A stretch of DNA of 63,534 nucleotides from Octopus bimaculoides (lineage: Eukaryota). This document shows, one piece after another, positions 55,211 to 63,534 of this stretch; within the stretch, counting starts at the first letter, position 1, and every line of letters starts with the position of its first letter. Position numbers and translations under genes: made by a program. A model generated the notes under the pieces. The model did no database searches. It was not told the origin of the DNA and was given only the letters and a program-made list of their open reading frames with translations. The stretch covers positions 1,679,622-1,743,155 of the forward strand of contig NC_068985.1 of the NCBI RefSeq assembly GCF_001194135.2, given 5' to 3'.

Positions 55211-55801
55211 TGTGCGCATGTGTGGGTGTTTGTGTGTGTTTGTTCGTGTGTATGCATGTGTCTGTCTGTTTGTGTGTGTGCTTGCTTTTATATGTTGTGT
55301 GTGTGTGCAGCAGCATCATACAGAAATACCTTTTGGTATTCGTTCTGCTTGTGTTGCACAGAAATCCCTGTGTTACATTCACTGCCAGAAATGTTGGAAC
55401 CATACCAACAACAACACTGAGATGCAAATTAAGGTCGTTGGTGACCAAGACACAGTTTTCAGCAACAACAACTTTGATACCAAATCCTTAATTCTTGAGC
55501 GAAACTAACAAGTCTTTTGCATGTTTTTTGAATGGCTAACCTGTGTCTTCCATACAGCGCTCTTTTAGGGTTCAACACATAATCACTTCTTAGTCTTTGA
55601 GTGAAGATCAAAATGTAGTTTCAACACAAAATCTCAGAGCAAACCATTTGCCTGACAAGAAAACCTCCATAAAAACACTCTTTTTTCTCAAAATGCTGGA
55701 TACACTCTAAATAAGAGTATAATCCATATATTTATCTAATTTTATGTACACATATGTCTGCGTCCAACCCATGCCAGCATGGAGAACAGACATTGAATGA
55801 G

Positions 55802-55834
<33 letters not shown>

Positions 55835-56507
55835 GGTCACAGATATTCATCCACATATGCTAATACGCATACAAACTGTGACCTGCCCTCAAATCACAAA
55901 GCCACACTTTAAACCATTTTAGCTCTGTGACCTTTCCGATTAGATAACAAAAAACAAAAGCACTTGAAGCTAATTGCCAAAACCCCCCAAAAAGGGCAGG
56001 TATTTTGAGGCCAATGCATCACCTGTGCAATCATTTGTGCCACAGATTACCTTCACCTTTTCTTATCCAAAAACGTTTGTCATCCTAGTATTTACTTGCT
56101 ATTATTTATATAATTTATGTGCTTAAAAAAACAACTCCATTTACACTGTTGAGTTTGATATATTGGTCTGGCAATGAATGCTATAAAATAATAGTCTTCA
56201 ACTGGGGTCTACATGGCCCTTAAGGGTCCATATAAGAGTTTGTTGTTAAAATTTGTGAGTAAATTTTAACATTTGTGTGCAATAAATTGTTTGTATTTCA
56301 ACCATTCTTTCTGTACAATTCCTAATAGTATTTAAACATAAGGTGTAGGAGTGGCTGTGTGGTGAAGTAGCTTGCTTACCAACCACCTGGTTCTGGGTTC
56401 AGTCCCCCACTGCATGGCACAATGGGCAAGTGTCTTCTACTAAAGCCTCAGGCTGACCAAAACCTTGAGAGTGGATTTGGTAGATGGAAACTCAATAAAG
56501 CCTGTCA

Positions 56508-56542
<35 letters not shown>

Positions 56543-57317
56543 ATATATATATACAAGAAATGAGGGCAGGGAATCGTCAATTAATAATAGAATTAACAAT
56601 TAACAATTTTGCCAAGTAGTTCAGTATGAAATAAACCTTTATCGGTAAGACCATTTATCATCATAAATATAAGGGATTAGCAATTGAGTTGCTTCTCCAA
56701 CATACTGAAAANNNNNNNNNNNNNNNNNNNNNNNNNNNNNNNNNNNNNNNNNNNNNNNNNNNNNNNNNNNNNNNNNNNNNNNNNNNNNNNNNNNNNNNNN
56801 NNNNNNNNNNNNNNNNNNNNNNNNNNNNNNNNNNNNNNNNNNNNNNNNNNNNNNNNNNNNNNNNNNNNNNNNNNNNNNNNNNNNNNNNNNNNNNNNNNNN
56901 NNNNNNNNNNNNNNNNNNNNNNNNNNNNNNNNNNNNNNNNNNNNNNNNNNNNNNNNNNNNNNNNNNNNNNNNNNNNNNNNNNNNNNNNNNNNNNNNNNNN
57001 NNNNNNNNNNNNNNNNNNNNNNNNNNNNNNNNNNNNNNNNNNNNNNNNNNNNNNNNNNNNNNNNNNNNNNNNNNNNNNNNNNNNNNNNNNNNNNNNNNNN
57101 NNNNNNNNNNNNNNNNNNNNNNNNNNNNNNNNNNNNNNNNNNNNNNNNNNNNNNNCCATGTGGTGGGATTACGGTTTAACTATCTAACTTAGAGATATCA
57201 AATATAAAATATACATCCGTTTTAGAGAAAAATTTGTAGTTTAGAATCAGTAGTTCTTTGACTGCTGTTTCTGAATTTTCAGTATGTTGGAGAAGCAACT
57301 CAATTGCTAATCCCTTA

Positions 57318-57362
<45 letters not shown>

Positions 57363-58039
57363 GTGCATGTGTTTATGTGTCTGTTTGTCCCCGCCAACAT
57401 TGCTTGACAACCAATGTTGGTGTGTTTATGTCCCTGTGACTTAGCAGTTCGGCAAAAGAGGCCGATAGAATAAGTACTAGACTTACAAAGAATAAGTCCT
57501 GGGGTCGATTTGCTTGACTAAAAGGTGGTACTCCAGCATGGCCACAGTCAAATGACTTAAACAAATAAAAGAATAAATGAATAATAATATAAAAGGGTTT
57601 TTAAACATCAAATGTTCGTGGGAGTCCACAAGGGGTTCATAGGTAAAAAAAAAAAACAGGCTGAGAACCACAGTTACAGGGGTTAAATAACAACAGGACA
57701 CATTCGATACTTGGAAACTTATGGGATGGTCACATCTGGAACACGTTTTGTCATAGATTTGCTCAGTCAGATTTGACGTGGAGCTAAAAGAAACAACACA
57801 GAATTTTCGATTTCAGTTGTGTAGTATATCGTTAGAGATGGCCTCCATCTTATGAAATGTCGATGACTCATAATGAAACAGTTACAGCATTCAACATCTT
57901 CATAAATCATGAATTATCTAAGAGGCAATTCACACGGCAGCCATTAAATCTAAATATACCCTGGACAACAACTATTTTGTGTGTACTTCACATTAAGTGT
58001 TTCCCTTCCACCTCTGCTAAATGATGGGCCAATGAGAGA

Positions 58040-58420
58040 GTTTCTACATGGTTATAAAAATGGCTAGAAATAACAGTTAAATCACCTTCACATATCAGTT
58101 CCCTATTTTGAATATTAAGAAATTGTGTAATCTAATGTAGTCCTAGATACACTATGGCTGAAAGAAACAACAATATTGTCACAGTTGGAACTTCTAGCAT
58201 AGCTAGGGGTGGTAGAGGTGGTCCACTCCAGGTGGCACTTTTAAAGGGGCACCACTTTTGAGTCTGCTGTAGGCAATATGAGTTTTTGTGGGGTCTGGGA
58301 GTGGCAAGCGGAAGGGTCACCCTAGGCGGCACACACTCTAGCTATGCTAGTGGCTGGAATGCCATTGATCATTGGTCTACTCGATCAGGTCTGACCTGGG
58401 GCTAACTAACAGCAACAACA
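58040..58420 (+). mobile_element. Dispersed repeat family D ending in (CAA)n. Other copies at about 5150-5350, 15960-16080, 19660-19850, 60055-60230
   Basis: Shared ctagaaata.cagccaaat.tccc..aaa and ctgacctggggctaa.caacaacaac. Confidence 0.65.
58192..58352. mobile_element. hAT-type MITE, 161 bp, nested in a dispersed repeat
   Basis: TIR core tagcatagctag / ctagctatgcta; degenerate 8-bp TSD gttggaac / gctggaat; the host repeat resumes on both sides. Confidence 0.7.
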
Positions 58421-58859
58421 ACAACCACTTGCTAATGACCAGTTAATTCTCCTACTAATTTGCAAGTTAACACAGACTTTATACAACATGAAACCAAAGA
58501 CTGAAAAAGCTGTCTTCTAATTAGAAAAATTACTTGAGATCTCTATTGGAAACATTTTGGAATCGTCTCTATTGGCATTAATTACCAGAACTTCTGTAAT
58601 ATTCCTGTGTTGCTATGGTAATTTGTTGCAAGATTGAAATATTAATAAATGTCTTTTACTTATTAAGGAAAATGGTGAGGTATTATATTTTAGCTTTTTC
58701 TATTTTTAATTCTTTAACTCTTGACTTTTTTTTAATTATTTTCAAATTTTCTTTCTGTATCTTGTATAACACTTCCTTCAGAAATGTTATTAAAGCAAAG
58801 AACGGCATTGGTTTACTTTGAGGAGGTAGGGGAAGAGATAGAGGGGAAGAGGCAACCTA

Positions 58860-58861
58860 AG

Positions 58862-58913
<52 letters not shown>

Positions 58914-59760
58914 CATGTGTGGGTGTATGTACATGCATGTGTTTACACATGTGTAAGTGTATGTATCTCTTTAGATATGTGCATGTATGCGCATATATGT
59001 GTATCTGTGCATGTGTGTGTGTGTGTGCATATGTGTTTATATGGGTGTGCATATATATATATGTCTGCATATATATGTATATAGATCTGTATGTTTGTAT
59101 GTGTGTGCATGCATGTGCGTGTACATATGCAGATGTGTATATGTGTATATACATGTGTATGAGTGTGTATGTATGTATGTGTGTGTACGTGTATGTGTGT
59201 GTGTATGTATGTATGTGTGCGTGTGCATGTGTGTGTTTGTGCATGTGTTTATATGTGCATGTGCACATCTGCATATATGTGTGTGTATATATATATATGT
59301 CTGTGCATATATGTATATAGATCTGTATATTTATATGTGTGTGCATGCATGCATGTGTGTGTACATATTCAGACGTGTGTATTTGTATATACATGTGTAT
59401 GAGTGTGTGTGTGCATATGTGTGTGTGCATATGTGTGTGTGCATATGTGTGTGTGCATATGTGCTTATATGTATTTATGTGTATGTGCACATCTGCATGT
59501 ATGTATGTGCAAATCTACATATATGTGAGTGTATATATGAATATAGATCTGTATATGTACATGCATGCTTGCATTTCTATATGTGTGTGCATGCATGTAT
59601 GTGTGGGTGTACAGGTGCAGATGTGTGTATATCTATATACATGTGTATGAGTGTGTGTGTATGTATGTATGTGTGTGTGCATGCATGTATGTATGTATGT
59701 GCGTGTGTGGGTGTGCATGATTGTATGTGTGTATGTGTGTGTGTGTATGCACGTGCACAT
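58860..59760. repeat. Complex (TG/TA)n tract with a higher-order period of about 230 bp
   Basis: agatct at 59083, 59319 and 59545, each followed by atatacatgtgtatgagtgtgt. Confidence 0.75.
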
Positions 59761-61633
59761 GTGTTAATCATTATCCAAGTAAGACATAAATTTATTGCTG
59801 GAAGTTTTTTGTTTTTCTTCAATGATTTCTTTCAAAATATATTTGAATTGAAATAAGTAGCCATTTCACCTCTGACTTTCTATTAATTCTTGTGAAATAT
59901 TTTGGCCAACTTGCCTCCCCACCCCCCACTCTCTCTAACCCACTCACTATTCTGGTTGTCTGGATGTAATTGAAACGTCATCATCCTAGCTTTATTTATT
60001 CTGTACCTCTAACTACCACCTCGCAAGCTTAGGACTGTGAGAGATGAAAGGTGGCTCTTCTGTGGCTACTCAATGTCCTAGAAATAACAGCCAAATTCCC
60101 TTCAAAACACACCTTATTGTTATAAATAAGAAAGTACATATTAAGTGGCCTTACAGTTGGTTTGCCTTCGATTCTAGCTCTGCTTGACCAGAGTTGGCTT
60201 TAGGCTTGACGACAACAACAACAACAACACCAACTTAGGGATACATTAGATAGTTTAATCTTAAAGACCCCATCTCAGACTAAAAAGTTAGGTGATCCAA
60301 AGCCTTTAATCATAGATCTACTCTGCTAAGATTTTAGAAAATGGAAAAAATTAAGACTGACCATTCTAAGCCATAAGCTACAACCTAAAATTTAAAACTA
60401 AATACGTATGTATTAAGCAAGAGATTGAGTTTCTCATTAGAAAATAAGTTTTTGAGCAAATAGAGTTTTTGTAAATTTCTGGTAGAGCTTATATAATAGC
60501 TATGTGAATTCCAAGTTCATAAATACAAGTATTTATCACATTATATATCACAGTCCACTCTGCTGAGTGGTTGGTGTTAGGAAGGGCGTCCAGCTGTAGA
60601 AATCCTGCCAAAACAGTTAGTGAAGTCTGGTGCAGGTTCCTGCCTGGCTGGCTCTTGTCAAACCGTCCCACCCATGCCAGCATGGAAGGCAGATGTTAAA
60701 CGATGATGATGACGACAATGAGGCTGAGGAATTCTGCCTTCATGGGAAATGGTGCTTATGCTTATAATTACTCCTTGTGGGTAATTATCAGTTACACTAC
60801 AGTTACATCCAAGCTTTATTAAAATGTTTATTAGCAAGTAAGTTGCCATTTAGTTTTCTTACCTGTTAATATTTGATACCAGCAATTTTTTGCACATTTA
60901 CTTTTATAATTTATTTAATATTATTATAATAACTAAATACTGACTTACTGGTTTGACTAATTCTGTGAATTTTTAAATCAGTAAAACTATTCCTTCTCGC
61001 TTTTGGAAGTTTTGCTAGAATTCAACTTCTCTAAGGAAAAAGAAACAAGCTACCAAAATCTGGATTTAAGTTAAGATTTCCAAGATTGTTAATAGAAGTA
61101 TTGTAGAGTTTACAAGTGAAACAACCAATAGCTTCCTAGATTCTAGGCCAGGATTCAAAACTGTTATCTACATTCTCCTACAAGTTCTCTTTCTACTGTT
61201 CTTACCTTTTTGCACAAGGAAATTTATGAGACCAACTGTCACTCTTTGTTAGGTCCTATTGATCAAAGTAACAGTCTTGGGTTAAATACAGTTCAAGAGA
61301 GATAAACTCATTACTTTCCATTGTTCTCTGACCTCTATCCAGTTTTCTTAGCTTATATAAGTACAGTGACCAAATCCAGTTTCTTCCTGTTATTTATTCA
61401 GTACATACCATCATTACACAATGCTGCTATGATAGTAGACTATAATAATTTGGCAGTTGATACATTAAAACATTTTGTGGTATTTATGCTGCGGGAAGAA
61501 GTTATATTTGAGAATATTTTGATATGCGACACTGAGTTGTTTTTTCACCTTCATGAAGAATGGAATATTATACCATGTAATTATTTACATTATTTACATT
61601 TGACAGATATTTGTCCTCATCTTGTTTGTTGTT

Positions 61634-61679
61634 AACACGACATTTTGGCTAATATACCCTCCAGCCTTCATCAGGTGTC
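61634..61679 (-). ncRNA. Minimal type-I hammerhead ribozyme-like motif, damaged (G12>A)
   Basis: GACAC-CUGAUGA-A-GGCUG-loop-UAGCC-AAAAU-GUC-GUGUU; stem I GACAC/GUGUU and the GUC triplet are intact. Confidence 0.6.
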
Positions 61680-61767
61680 TTGGAGAAATTTCAAACCTGG
61701 GTTCTCATTCCTAAGGTATTTCTCGATGCTATTATTATCATCATCATTATTATTATTATTGTTATTA

Positions 61768-61799
<32 letters not shown>

Positions 61800-61864
61800 G
61801 TTATTATTATTATTATTATTATCATTATTATCATTATTATTCAGGTCACTGCCATATGCCCACA

Positions 61865-61935
61865 GGCATATGGGATAGTGGTTAAAAGCGTGGGCTACTA
61901 ACCCCAAGATTCCGAGTTCGATTCCAGAGAATGAC
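61865..61935 (+). other. tRNA-like Pol III head (SINE-type, not a functional tRNA gene)
   Basis: D-arm-like tagtggttaaaagc, loop ctactaa with only a 3-bp stem, T-arm ccgagttcgattcc; no acceptor stem. Confidence 0.7.
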
Positions 61936-62013
61936 CTGAATAATAATAATAATAATGATAATGACAATGAAAAATACCTTAGGAATGAGAACCCAGGTTC
62001 AAAATTTCCCCGA

Positions 62014-62060
62014 GACACCTGATGAAGGCTGGAGGGTATATCAGCTGAAATGTATTAACA
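62014..62060 (+). ncRNA. Minimal type-I hammerhead ribozyme-like motif, damaged (stem I 3' strand lost)
   Basis: GACAC-CUGAUGA-A-GGCUG-gagggtatat-CAGCU-GAAAU-GUA. Confidence 0.6.
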
Positions 62061-62783
62061 ACAAGATGAGGACAAATATCAGTTGAATGTAAATAATGTA
62101 AATAATGTACATAACTCCTCATCTCTTTAAAATTTGAAATTCTGAGATATTTCTAAGTAGGCCATTAATAATACATTTTGGTTTGAGAGAATTTTTCTCC
62201 GAATGCTGAAATTTTTCCTTAATTTTTAATTCATAAAAAATTTACGGAGGGATTTTCTTAGTTCTTCTGAATAAAACCAAAACTAAATTAAAAATTGTAA
62301 AAAGAGAGTGATCATGATATAATCCGCAGCCAAAGTCCAGAAATTTTTTCATTTCATTTCTGAGGAATAAATTTATCAAATCATTTATCTGAGCTGAATC
62401 AGAAGAGCTCTGAATAATATCCAAATTATCATGTCTAGATATTCTAGAGTAGTAATGATCCATGAAGATCAATGCATTCCTGCAATTATGACTACATCTC
62501 CAAATGTTAAAGCATAATTTCTGTCTAGTGAAAATAAGCACCTTATTTTGGAAATATAAAAGAATAACAACTATTATTCTTAGAGTGTAAGGAGGAAGGT
62601 TTTAAATTATTCAGTAATCCAAGAAACCATTCAATGATATCACGTAGAATTATCCTAACAAAATTATTTAATATATTTTGCTACTTCCAGCATTATAGTT
62701 ATATATTTATTCCATGTCTTAGTGAATCTACACTATCCTAATACATATATATATATACATGCATAGATACACATGTACCTACC

Positions 62784-62860
<77 letters not shown>

Positions 62861-63105
62861 CTATCTATCTATCTGGTGGCGTGTAAGAAGCACCGAGCAC
62901 ACTCTGTAGAGTGGTTGGCATTAGGAAGGGCATCCTGGACAGCTCCTCAGTTGGCGAGCTCCTGTCAAACCATCCAACCCATGCCAACATGGAAAATGGA
63001 CATTAAATAATGACATAGATGATGATGATGGAGGTGACATGTGTAGATACATACATACATGTGTGTATGAGTGTGTGTGTGTGTACATATATCTTTCTCA
63101 CTCTT

Positions 63106-63147
<42 letters not shown>

Positions 63148-63157
63148 NNNNNNNNNN

Positions 63158-63189
<32 letters not shown>

Positions 63190-63489
63190 CTCTCCCTCTC
63201 TTTCTCTTCTACGTTACTAGATTTGTTCTTCATTCTCCCCCTCTGTCTATCTAAAATATTGCTGATTACTAACTCAATAGAAACACTTTATCCAAATGTA
63301 AATTTTCTATTTTTCTATTGTGTGTCTGAGCAATCTCTAATAGGAGATATCTTACATATTTTCCTCTACATGTACAATTTTGTAACTCCTACTACCAAAG
63401 GAAACACATGTAATGGTGAATAAGTAACTCCAAAATTTTATTCTAATCTGCTTTCTGCTTTCTTATATATAATTATATATATATGTACA

Positions 63490-63534
<45 letters not shown>

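Larger units (their letters stand above)
61575..62113. mobile_element. Foldback element: tRNA-like head, (AAT)n, body and hammerhead-like motif, arranged head-to-head
   Basis: Arms 61575-61852 and 61930-62113 are reverse complements; central hairpin ccatatgcc-caca-ggcatatgg; A-box-like tagtggtta and B-box gagttcgattcc in the spacer. Confidence 0.85.

Noticed and set aside
55158-55508. ORF tail IHCQKCWNHTNNNTEMQIKVV
   Set aside because: Starts in microsatellite; no splice signals or recognisable motif
58784-59856. Cys/Val/His-rich ORFs up to 289 aa (also 3402, 11616, 22766, 26871)
   Set aside because: (TG/CA/TA)n microsatellite translations
61865-61935. Functional tRNA gene (also SINE heads at 2540, 14808, 21575, 39617)
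   Set aside because: No acceptor stem and a broken anticodon stem; attached to repeat bodies

Overview
AT-rich, microsatellite-saturated animal genomic DNA from a gapped draft assembly (9 N-runs). The SINE/MITE repertoire and repeat density suggest a coleoid cephalopod, probably Octopus (inference). Almost every ORF in the supplied track is a translation of a simple repeat or a gap. The recognisable coding sequence comes from transposons: a Penelope-like element (RT plus GIY-YIG, split into two opposite orientations), a young 5'-truncated R4/Dong-type LINE (restriction-like endonuclease) inside a (TAA)n tract, an older relative of it, decayed RTE LINEs and an internally deleted mariner. There are also several tRNA-type SINE families and hAT/piggyBac/mariner MITEs, some with visible TSDs. 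Two signals are not explained by the ORF track. (1) A chain of short, phase-compatible GT-AG exons on the + strand (about 9.1-26.7 kb) joins into one Trp/Tyr/His-rich peptide that I cannot assign to a family. (2) A roughly 540-bp foldback element at 61.6-62.1 kb couples a tRNA-like Pol III head to minimal type-I hammerhead ribozyme motifs, one per arm. The window is also rich in inverted repeats that could form long dsRNA. SINE and remnant boundaries are approximate; no database search or folding calculation was run.
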